Of a stretch of DNA of 26,343 nucleotides, positions 9,141 to 16,849 are shown in pieces (within the stretch, counting starts at the first letter, position 1; each line of letters begins with the position of its first letter). This DNA is from Thermoguttaceae bacterium (lineage in GTDB: Bacteria; Planctomycetota; Planctomycetia; Pirellulales; Thermoguttaceae), in assembly GCA_028695865.1 (NCBI GenBank), contig JAQVID010000001.1:1-26343 (forward strand), read 5' to 3'. The notes beneath the pieces are model-generated. The model worked only from the letters and a program-made list of their open reading frames with translations. It did no database searches and had not been told where the DNA came from. The position numbers and the translations under genes were made by a program.

Positions 9141-9651
9141 GGCCCTTTTTCTTGATCGGGACGGCACAATCAACGAGGACCTCGGATTCGTGCATCGTAT
9201 TGAGGATTTTCGGTTTATCGACGGTATTTTTGAATTGTGCCGTCGGGCCGAAAAGAATGGTTTTTTGATCATTGTCATTACCAATCAATCGGGAATCGAA
9301 CGCGGCTATTTTACAGACGACGATTTTCAGCAACTGACCTCCTGGATGAAGGAACAATTCAAAGACCATGGCATTACGATTACAGACGTTTTCTACTGTC
9401 CTTTACTTTCCGGCGAGGATCGCAAGCCTCATGCCGGAATGTTTGAAAAAGCAAAGCAAAAATACAATATCGATATGGCCGCGTCCATGTCATTAGGAGA
9501 CAAGGAACGCGATATCGAGGCTGGAATCAATGCCGGTGTCGGTACCAATATATTATTATCAAATGAATCAAAAGCTGATATCGTTATTAAAAGTTTAAAG
9601 AATTTGGCGTCATATCGCCTGTCAGACGAAGAAATGAGAGAGAGAAAATGA
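9130..9651 (+). CDS. gmhB: Heptose 1,7-bisphosphate phosphatase (HAD family)
   Basis: KALFLDRDGTIN, VITNQSGIERGY, RKPHAGM and GDKERDIEAG. ATG 9130 overlaps the end of gmhA by 11 nt. Confidence 0.9.
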   Translation: MANKALFLDRDGTINEDLGFVHRIEDFRFIDGIFELCRRAEKNGFLIIVITNQSGIERGYFTDDDFQQLTSWMKEQFKDHGITITDVFYCPLLSGEDRKPHAGMFEKAKQKYNIDMAASMSLGDKERDIEAGINAGVGTNILLSNESKADIVIKSLKNLASYRLSDEEMRERK

Positions 9652-10634
9652 TTATAGTAACGGGCGGAGCCGGCTTTATCGGCTCTAATATTTTAGCCGG
9701 ACTTGAAGATTCCGGATATAAAGATATTGTGGTCACCGATTGGCTGGGAAATGAAGAAAAATGGAAGAATATCGCAAAACGTAATCTTGCCGACGTTGTT
9801 GAGCCGGAACAAATGACCGATTTTCTTCTCAAATATCAAAAAGATATTACAGCCATCGTTCATATGGGTGCTATTTCAACAACAACGGAACGGGACGTCG
9901 ATCTTTTTGTTCGGAACAATATCAATTTAACCTGGAGTTTATGGGAATACTGCCGCGATTACCATAAACAGTTTATTTTTGCTTCGTCAGCGGCGACCTA
10001 TGGCGCGGGCGAATGTGGTTTCGACGACGATGCTTCCTGTACCTACCTGAATCGTCTTCGTCCTTTAAATCCCTATGGCTGGAGTAAAGCGTTTATCGAC
10101 CGTAAAATCGCCTCGGTTCTGGCCGCGTCGGGTAAAACGCCTCCACAACAAGTCGGGCTGAAGTTCTTTAACGTTTACGGACCGAACGAATATCACAAAG
10201 GGGGGCAAAAGTCGGTTATTGCCCACATATTTCCCCAAGTAAGAAATAACGACGAAGTCCTTTTGTTCAAATCATATAATAAGGACTATGCCGACGGGGA
10301 ACAACTTCGCGATTTCGTCTGGGTGGGTGATATCGTTCATGTTATTCTATGGATGCTGGCTCATAAAGACGTTTCCGGTCTGTTTAATGTAGGCTCGGGC
10401 GAAGCGCGGTCATTTTACGATCTGGCCAAATCAACTTGGGATGCTATGGGAAAAACACCCAAAATCGGTTATAAAGATATGCCGGACGGACTTCGCGCTC
10501 AATATCAATATTATACAAAGGCAGTTTTAACAAAACTTCGGTCCGTCGGATATACCCGGGACATGACCCGATTGGAAGACGGTGCTCGAAAATACGTTTG
10601 CGATTATCTTAATCGGGAAGACCCCTATTTGTAA
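9648..10634 (+). CDS. hldD: ADP-L-glycero-D-manno-heptose 6-epimerase
   Basis: MIIVTGGAGFIGSNI, HMGAISTT, ASSAATYG, PLNPYGWSK, KFFNVYGPNEYHKG, RDFVWV and YQYYTKA. ATGA overlap with the gmhB stop. Confidence 0.93.
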   Translation: MIIVTGGAGFIGSNILAGLEDSGYKDIVVTDWLGNEEKWKNIAKRNLADVVEPEQMTDFLLKYQKDITAIVHMGAISTTTERDVDLFVRNNINLTWSLWEYCRDYHKQFIFASSAATYGAGECGFDDDASCTYLNRLRPLNPYGWSKAFIDRKIASVLAASGKTPPQQVGLKFFNVYGPNEYHKGGQKSVIAHIFPQVRNNDEVLLFKSYNKDYADGEQLRDFVWVGDIVHVILWMLAHKDVSGLFNVGSGEARSFYDLAKSTWDAMGKTPKIGYKDMPDGLRAQYQYYTKAVLTKLRSVGYTRDMTRLEDGARKYVCDYLNREDPYL

Positions 10635-10636
10635 TC

Positions 10637-10674
10637 GTATAAAGCCAAAGTATAAAGCCAAAGTATAAAGCCAA
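10637..10674. repeat. Perfect 13-bp tandem repeat, about 2.9 units
   Basis: GTATAAAGCCAAA GTATAAAGCCAAA GTATAAAGCCAA, starting 3 nt after the hldD stop. Confidence 0.9.
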
Positions 10675-10715
10675 TCGCCATTCCAGACTTGACTTCACCT
10701 TGTAAGGAAGCGAGT

Positions 10716-10741
10716 AAAAAGGTTTGTGTTCAAACCTTTTT
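10716..10741. terminator. Bidirectional intrinsic terminator between convergent hldD and the methyltransferase gene
   Basis: AAAAAGGTTTG-tgtt-CAAACCTTTTT is an 11-bp perfect inverted repeat with A and T tracts on both sides. Confidence 0.75.
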
Positions 10742-10768
10742 TACGGAAGCCCCTGAATTCGTACAAGG

Positions 10769-11812
10769 TTAAAGAGCACGGGCGTCCTTGTCCTGTATAT
10801 TCCATTTACCTAATATGATTTCCGGAATATGAGGATCACAAGGACGGTCCAATGTTGTCGGGAAAAATTTATCGGTCGGTACAAACGAATGGTCGCACCG
10901 TCGCACGTAGGTTGCTTCCAAAGTCATTGGAAGAAAACAATGTCCAAACCATTTTACACCCCCAAAATTATTGGGGTGAAGATAAACGAGTTGATGGGTC
11001 CGATTGAGTTTTTCAATCGCAGATAACATATCTTGATTATAGGGACTGTTGCCTATACCATGAAGCTCAAACACAATTTGTGAAAATTGATTTAATGTTA
11101 TTTCTGACACTTGGTTGAAGACATCCCATTCACAGCCTTCAACATCCATTTTTAGAATTAAATCGCGCCGATTTTCATGATGATTATCTTGTATTAATTC
11201 TTCCAGTGTTTTACAGTTTGAAATTTGTTTTTTACCTGTCACTCCCGTTTTGAAAAAATGAAAATGTTCGTTTTCGACAGGAAGAGCATCGATAGTATGA
11301 TCATACATAAAGAGTTCAAGACCATGCTGTACCATATCCATATCCCAGGAAACATCTTGCTCAATTCCTATGCTGTAGGCAACGGTTCCCGGTTGTATTT
11401 GATTGAACATAACGTACCCCCCGTCCCGGGAAGCCCCGATGCGGACAAAATTGTCCGATTGATCCTTAACGTCCATTACATGAAGTATTTCCCGTATTGT
11501 CTTCAGCCAAGCACAATCGTCATCCCGTGTCGGTTTATCCGTGGTAAAAGGCCCTAACGTCGAAATGTAATTTAATATATCCGAATTCTGATGTATATGC
11601 GGGGGTGCGTTGAATGAACTCAATACAAGACTGTTATTCAGTATGATGCCAAATGACTTGTTAGCGGGCCAACCATATTTGATATCTTTTAAATCCTGTT
11701 CGAGTAAATGAAATGTCCCTTTTCTTCGAGTTTCATAGGAATGGCCAAAAATAGTTACCACATTATAATACTGATGTTTTTCAATGGAAAAAAGTTTATT
11801 AAACCATGACAT
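10769..11812 (-). CDS. FkbM-like (Methyltransf_22-type) SAM-dependent methyltransferase, probably acting on surface glycans
   Basis: RIGASRDGGYVM, AYSIGIEQDVSWD, FMYDHT, LILKMDVEGCEW, FSQIVFELH and YLHPNN. The start is placed at ATG 11812 (MSWFNKLF) behind a GAAGGGG RBS. The DNA is visibly more AT-rich than its neighbours. Confidence 0.75.
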   Translation of the reverse strand: MSWFNKLFSIEKHQYYNVVTIFGHSYETRRKGTFHLLEQDLKDIKYGWPANKSFGIILNNSLVLSSFNAPPHIHQNSDILNYISTLGPFTTDKPTRDDDCAWLKTIREILHVMDVKDQSDNFVRIGASRDGGYVMFNQIQPGTVAYSIGIEQDVSWDMDMVQHGLELFMYDHTIDALPVENEHFHFFKTGVTGKKQISNCKTLEELIQDNHHENRRDLILKMDVEGCEWDVFNQVSEITLNQFSQIVFELHGIGNSPYNQDMLSAIEKLNRTHQLVYLHPNNFGGVKWFGHCFLPMTLEATYVRRCDHSFVPTDKFFPTTLDRPCDPHIPEIILGKWNIQDKDARAL

Positions 11813-11930
11813 AATATAACCCTTCAGATATCCCCTATTACTTATCCTGAATTGAGCTGACCATCGTAAGGAAACAGTCAAGCAAATAGTCAGGATGATA
11901 CTGTCGTTTTTTTCGTTGTATAACGTAATT

Positions 11931-11980
11931 GTAACCGTTCACGGCGATCTTGTCTTTTCTCTCGAAAAGCACGCCTTGAA
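11931..11980 (+). mobile_element. Left end of an IS66-family-like element (relic)
   Basis: Begins GTAACCGTTCAC, a GTAA-type terminus typical of IS66. Contains AAAGCACGCCTTGAA (11966-11980), which recurs inverted at 19298-19311. A transposase-like N-terminus follows at 12107. Confidence 0.65.
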
Positions 11981-11991
11981 TCTCTCATGGG

Positions 11992-12020
11992 AGTATAGCA
12001 GAATCAACTAGGCGTGTCAA
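11992..12020 (-). promoter_or_regulatory. Near-consensus sigma70 promoter inside the IS end, facing the methyltransferase gene
   Basis: The minus strand reads TTGACA-cgcctagttgattcTGc-TATACT: 17-nt spacer and extended -10 TGn. Confidence 0.75.
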
Positions 12021-12106
12021 GGTTTTATCCTGATACTGTCCTGAGAATGGCGAAATAATTCAAAAAACTGTCGATAAGCAGGTCTGTTCCTGCCGAATTG
12101 AGGCAT

Positions 12107-12270
12107 ATGGAAGACCCAAACGACATAAAAATCAGGAAGCTTAAAGCGACAAATGCCAAGCTTACCGCTACGACGATCGGGCTTACAGAATAAGTCGCGA
12201 AGCTTACGAGGAACTTGTCGAATTGTTCAAAGCCGCCGTCGTCGCGTGCCGTCTCACCGCCCAAGTTCCC
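12107..12270 (+). pseudogene. Decayed IS66-family transposase N-terminus (leucine zipper plus DUF6444-like NSSKPPSS motif)
   Basis: GAGG RBS then ATG 12107 reads MEDPNDIKIRKLKATNAKLTATTIGLTE*VAKLTRNLSNCSKPPSSRAVSPPK. Leu occurs every 7 residues (GCTTA at 12139, 12160, 12181, 12202). In-frame TAA at 12191-12193; NCSKPPSS at 12221-12244. Confidence 0.7.
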
Positions 12271-12274
12271 CGAC

Positions 12275-12310
12275 AAACACAAAATACACAAGCAAGTGTT
12301 TTCTGTGTTT
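12275..12310. terminator. AT-rich hairpin downstream of the U32 gene, possible terminator
   Basis: On the minus strand, AAACACAGAAAACAC-ttgctt-GTGTATTTTGTGTTT forms a 15-position stem with one G.U pair and one mismatch, 25 nt after the U32 stop. Confidence 0.35.
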
Positions 12311-12335
12311 CCTGTATTGTTCCCGTCCGCGGCTT

Positions 12336-14813
12336 TCAAAAAATTCCTCGGCCGAAACCATATGAATGATATGTTCGATTGTCTTCGTCCGGGTGATCGG
12401 CCCGCTTGAGAATGTCAAGGACTTCAGCGGCCGATTCAAACGTAAACTCAAACCGAACGACGTCAATTCCCCAGCGAAGAATGCGCCCTACCGAATTAAC
12501 GATGTCCAGAGCAATACCGTCGTAAACCGTGGAGCCGGTCAAGTGCTGCCCATCGTCGTACCAAAAGGAATTCCGAACGACGGTAATCGGGTGATCGTCA
12601 TGATTGGCAAGCGAAACAACAGGTTCATCGAAAAGCGTTTTTCGCGTGTACATGGCGGCCAAATGGCCGTAGACCGGAAGTCCAAGTTTCAGGCTCGGAC
12701 GATTCAGGCCGGATGCAATTTTTCGCGCCGTTTCTTCCGAAATTTCCGGCGAAAGGAACAGCGTCGATAGACCGTTCAGCGAATCGGCAAAAAATCTTGC
12801 TGCCCTAATATTGGCGATGTTAAAAGTCCAATCGGCGGCAAAGGGCATGTCTCGTTTCTCGTACCAGAGCAATTTTCGCAGGGACGCGGCAAGCGGCAGG
12901 CCCTGTTCCCGTTTTGTATGGGTTTCGTCCATTTCGTCGAAATCAACACACCGGGCAGACCTTGCAATATTCGGAACACCGAATCGTTGACATGCCTCAA
13001 ATTGCGCGTTTGTCCGCACCACGGCGAAAAAGCTGTGTACGCGTTCGCCCGGTCCGACAGGCGTGCCGGGAGTTACGACCGTTCCCGGAGCATACAACGA
13101 AGAAGCGGACGAAATCATGGTATCCGGAACCTCGTCCGGGATTTCGATTCCCAAGTCGGGGTCCCTTGTTTGGGGCGTTGAAGTTGTTCGCCGAAATGAT
13201 TCCACGATCTTCTTTTCCAGTTCCGAAGAACAGGTCTGCCGGAGCGAATTGAGAATCGACTTCGGGACGAACGCCTTACCATCGCTTTCGATACGACAGT
13301 TGGCAAGGTAGAACGGAGTCTGGCCAAACCGATCAAGTGACTGCCGCAAATCATCGGCGGTCGTCAAACGCTTTTGAGCCGGGGCAAGACGTTCCGCGGT
13401 TTGACTTTTGACCGCAATTTCACCTTTGCGAAGTGTCAGCTCCAAGGGCTGATCAATTTGGGCCGTCAGAGTTGCTTCGATGGGAATGAATCGCTGAACC
13501 TGTTCGAGTTCACTTGTCAAATCACGATTGAGTTCATAGTCGGACGTCTTGTAGACGAACGCGGTGTCCGGCGGGGGAAAATGTTCGAAACGAACACGCT
13601 GACCCGCTTGGGCAGAGTCAACCTTTTGGAGAATTTCTCGTTTGCCGTCATGAAGCAAATCAATCCAACTGACGTTGTGACCACCAAGCTTATTCAGTCT
13701 GGCATCGAGATAGACAATGCCGTCGCCATTGCGTACCGGGGCGGAAAGTGTGATTGCTCCATTTGACACGCGGCCAATCTCCACGCCGAAGTTGGACGAA
13801 AATCGCGAATTGATCATATCGGGATCATGTTCAATGAAATATCCCTTTGCATAGCCGCGATTAAAGATTCGCTCGATCCCATGATTACCGGCAGTGGGCG
13901 GGTCTGATTTGAGAGCCAGTCGAATGCCGCTTGTGTACGGACTTCGCGAACCGTTATCCCCATGAGCGTCCTGTTCCGCAATCGAATCGATCAGTCGCCG
14001 ATAGTGAAGGACGGCCTCATAAACATAATTCGGTGATTTCATGCGTCCTTCGATTTTAATCGATTCGACTCCCCAATGGCTCAATTGGGCAATGACGTCA
14101 CGACCTTGCCATTGATCTTTGAGTGAAAGGAAAAAGCCTTCCGCAATTTCATCTTCAATCGGTGATTCGTCGGGCAACCGGCCTTCGAGACTTGAACGGA
14201 TTTTTCGCCAAAGGTGTCGGCAAGGCTGGGCACAGGCTCCCCGATTACCGCTGCGACCTCCGATAAAACTCGATAACAGACACTTGCCACTGCAAGCCAG
14301 GCACAATGCGCCAGAGGCAAAGACTTCAAGTTCAATCGACGAATGTCGGGCAAGTTCAGCGATTTCATTACCGGACAATTCGCGAGCCAAGACGACCCTT
14401 GCAAAACCTTGCGATTGCAAAAACTGTAATTCGTCGAGCGAAACGACCGACATTTGCGTTGAAGCATGTATTGGAAGTTCGGGGAAAAACGAACGCAGCC
14501 AACGGGCAACGCCGAAGTCTTGAACAATCACCGCGTCGAGACCGGCGTGATAAAGCTTTTTGATCTGGGGGCCCACGGTGTCCAGTTCCCGTTCGGACAT
14601 GATCGTATTGAGAGTCAAGTGAACCGTGGCGCCAGCACGGTGGGCCTGATCGATGGACTTGCAATATTCATCACAGGAAAAATTCCCGGCGAAGCGACGG
14701 GCACCATAGCCGGACAGCCCCATGTAAATTTCGTCGGCTCCGCCTTTGAGAGCCGCTTCAAAGCGAGCTTGATCGCCAGCGGGCGCCGTAATTTTGATAA
14801 TGTGTTGCGTCAT
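12336..14813 (-). CDS. U32 'peptidase' family Fe-S protein with DUF3656 (RlhA-like RNA hydroxylation family)
   Basis: APAG...GADEIYMG...GARR, LTLNT, DAVIVQD, HASTQM, RVVLARELS, the Cys cluster GALCLACSGKCLLSSFIGGRSGNRGACAQPCR, IKIEGRMKS, and a DUF3656-like LDRFGQTPF. Confidence 0.85.
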   Translation of the reverse strand: MTQHIIKITAPAGDQARFEAALKGGADEIYMGLSGYGARRFAGNFSCDEYCKSIDQAHRAGATVHLTLNTIMSERELDTVGPQIKKLYHAGLDAVIVQDFGVARWLRSFFPELPIHASTQMSVVSLDELQFLQSQGFARVVLARELSGNEIAELARHSSIELEVFASGALCLACSGKCLLSSFIGGRSGNRGACAQPCRHLWRKIRSSLEGRLPDESPIEDEIAEGFFLSLKDQWQGRDVIAQLSHWGVESIKIEGRMKSPNYVYEAVLHYRRLIDSIAEQDAHGDNGSRSPYTSGIRLALKSDPPTAGNHGIERIFNRGYAKGYFIEHDPDMINSRFSSNFGVEIGRVSNGAITLSAPVRNGDGIVYLDARLNKLGGHNVSWIDLLHDGKREILQKVDSAQAGQRVRFEHFPPPDTAFVYKTSDYELNRDLTSELEQVQRFIPIEATLTAQIDQPLELTLRKGEIAVKSQTAERLAPAQKRLTTADDLRQSLDRFGQTPFYLANCRIESDGKAFVPKSILNSLRQTCSSELEKKIVESFRRTTSTPQTRDPDLGIEIPDEVPDTMISSASSLYAPGTVVTPGTPVGPGERVHSFFAVVRTNAQFEACQRFGVPNIARSARCVDFDEMDETHTKREQGLPLAASLRKLLWYEKRDMPFAADWTFNIANIRAARFFADSLNGLSTLFLSPEISEETARKIASGLNRPSLKLGLPVYGHLAAMYTRKTLFDEPVVSLANHDDHPITVVRNSFWYDDGQHLTGSTVYDGIALDIVNSVGRILRWGIDVVRFEFTFESAAEVLDILKRADHPDEDNRTYHSYGFGRGIF

Positions 14814-14825
14814 GGATCATACCGT

Positions 14826-16421
14826 TTAAAAATGAAGCCAACCGATGGAGTTGAGAAACGCGACAATAATACCCACCGGTGAAACAAAGCGAACAAAAAT
14901 TCCCCAAATAATCGCAAGCGTAAAGATATGCGGCTTGGCTTGCGTAATCGGATCGTCTTTGAGCCCGGCGAGCAGAACAAAAAAGTTCGCGTCGGGCACC
15001 TGTTGACCGCCTTTGCGAATTTCGTCAATCGCAAACCGTGTACCCCAAATCCAACCGACGAAAACGGCGATCCCCAAACCACCCAGCGGCAGAAGATAAT
15101 TGCTTGAAAACGTATCGGCCATGGCAAACGCGCTGTCATTGGCACTGCCGAACGCCCAAATAATCGCATTTTGGAGCCAAGTGAAACGATCCCAATTATC
15201 GACACTAAGAGTACACACGACGCCGGCAATCGACACAACGATCGTCGTCCACAAGACAGCGACATGACGCTTGATTTTGAATTCGTCCATGAGATACGCA
15301 GTACATACTTCGAGCATACTGATACTACTGGTCAAAGCGGCAATAATAAGGAGCAGGAAGAAGATTGAACTCCACAGCCAACCGAGATGGTCGCCGATCA
15401 GATTGAATGTAATTGGCATGATTTGAAAGACGAGTCCCGGCCCGCATTCCGGATTCATTTTCATCGCGAAAACCGCCGGAAAGATTGCCAATCCGGCGAT
15501 CATGGCAATCAAGGTATCAAGGAAAACGATATAAGCACTGGCCGAGAAAATATTCTTTGTTCTTTCGAAATAGCTACCGTAAGTAATCATGGCACCCATT
15601 CCGAGACTCAGCGAGAAAAACGCGTGCCCCAGCGCGATAAGAACTCCGTTGGGCGTTAGTTTGGAAAAGTCGGGAGAAAGGAGAAACCGAACACCTTCGC
15701 GAGCCCCGTCAAGAGTGAGACTTCGCATGACAAGAATCAGCAGCAGGACCAAGAGCAAGGGAAGCAGAAATTTGCTTGCCAGTTCGATTCCGTTTCGAAT
15801 GCCAAACCAAACGACGGCACCTGTGAAAAGCATGAACGAAAGTTGAAAGAACACAGGCCAAAACGCGTCGGAACTTAACGAGTTAAACGTCTGACTGGCC
15901 GCTTCGACCGTGGTAAAATCAAGGTTCAGTGTAATACCTTTAAAAAAATAGGCTATGGTCCATCCGCCGACCGTACCATAATACGACATGATAACAACAG
16001 GCGTAAACACACAAACCAGACCGATAACAGCCCAACCGTAATAAAGACCGCCAATACCGAGCAGAAAAAATATTCCTGAAAGACCGAAACGGCCAAAGCA
16101 AAGAAGTCCGCAAGCCAAAAGCAGGAAAAGAATACCAAAAGACGAGGTTGACCTGGACGCGTTTGGGGCAAGCTGTCGAAACGCTCCAAAGGGATTCTGT
16201 TGTGTATTTCGTCCCAAAGTAATTTCGCAGATCATGACCGGAAGACCAATGATCAAAATACACGCCAAATAGATCAAGACAAACGCTCCGCCACCGTTCT
16301 CGCCTGTGATATAAGGAAATTTCCAAATATTACCCAGGCCAATGGCCGAACCGGCCGACGCAAGAATAAAGCCCAGATTACCACCCCAGTGCTCGCGCTC
16401 AACTATTTGTTTTCCGCTCAT
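14826..16421 (-). CDS. Sodium-dependent transporter, neurotransmitter:sodium symporter (NSS/SNF) family
   Basis: REHWGGNLGFILASAGSAIGLGNIWKFPYITGENGGGAFVLIY, ALGHAFFSLSLGMGAMITYGSY and GPGLVF, with about 12 TM helices. Its stop is 12 nt from the U32 start. Confidence 0.92.
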   Translation of the reverse strand: MSGKQIVEREHWGGNLGFILASAGSAIGLGNIWKFPYITGENGGGAFVLIYLACILIIGLPVMICEITLGRNTQQNPFGAFRQLAPNASRSTSSFGILFLLLACGLLCFGRFGLSGIFFLLGIGGLYYGWAVIGLVCVFTPVVIMSYYGTVGGWTIAYFFKGITLNLDFTTVEAASQTFNSLSSDAFWPVFFQLSFMLFTGAVVWFGIRNGIELASKFLLPLLLVLLLILVMRSLTLDGAREGVRFLLSPDFSKLTPNGVLIALGHAFFSLSLGMGAMITYGSYFERTKNIFSASAYIVFLDTLIAMIAGLAIFPAVFAMKMNPECGPGLVFQIMPITFNLIGDHLGWLWSSIFFLLLIIAALTSSISMLEVCTAYLMDEFKIKRHVAVLWTTIVVSIAGVVCTLSVDNWDRFTWLQNAIIWAFGSANDSAFAMADTFSSNYLLPLGGLGIAVFVGWIWGTRFAIDEIRKGGQQVPDANFFVLLAGLKDDPITQAKPHIFTLAIIWGIFVRFVSPVGIIVAFLNSIGWLHF

Positions 16422-16501
16422 TGTTCATTTATCCGTGTGAATAATAATGTATGGTGTGAAATAAAACATGTTTCGTACTCAAGGTATAAAAGTTAACTCA
16501 T

Positions 16502-16530
16502 ATTGTAACCTCGAAACGGCATAAAATCAA
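16502..16530 (-). promoter_or_regulatory. Sigma70-type promoter of the NSS-U32 operon
   Basis: The minus strand reads TTGATT-N17-TACAAT, about 80 nt upstream of ATG 16421. Confidence 0.55.
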
Positions 16531-16696
16531 GGGGTATTTCTATTCATGCAACTTCATCGGGCAGGATCAATCAATAGTGGCAACTCCAGGCATGTATTGT
16601 TAAAATAATCGCGTTAAATCACACCAGCCTGTATATATAGAAGAGTTTCTTTACTTTCTCCAATAAAAAACCGTGCGATTTTTCCCCCAGTTTAAC

Positions 16697-16725
16697 TTGA
16701 CATGGCTGAATTTTTCGAGTATTAT
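16697..16725 (+). promoter_or_regulatory. Sigma70-type promoter of the lipoprotein-DUF1559 pair
   Basis: TTGACA (16697-16702), 17-nt spacer, TATTAT (16720-16725). Confidence 0.7.
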
Positions 16726-16849
16726 ACAAGTATCATAGCAGTTCCGGGGGGGCAGAAGGAAGACGCGTCTTTTGTCATTGGTCGTTGCGATTATGCCCAC
16801 CAACGAACATGGGAATCGACTGCCTTAATATACGTAGAGGATACAAAAC

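Noticed and set aside
8698-9369. 223-aa ORF antisense to gmhA/gmhB
   Set aside because: It is a shadow ORF of two well-supported genes.
12137-12220. The 21-bp periodic motif read as a CRISPR mini-array or plasmid iterons
   Set aside because: The conserved part is only 5-8 nt, there are no cas or rep genes, and the period is explained by heptad Leu codons of a transposase coiled coil.
12025-12339. 104-aa minus-strand ORF with a hydrophobic stretch
   Set aside because: It is antisense to the transposase remnant, has a TTG start overlapping the U32 stop, and has no recognisable motif.
16746-16752. G7 homopolymer as a phase-variation switch
   Set aside because: It is short, lies downstream of the -10 and outside coding sequence, so slippage would change neither promoter spacing nor reading frame.
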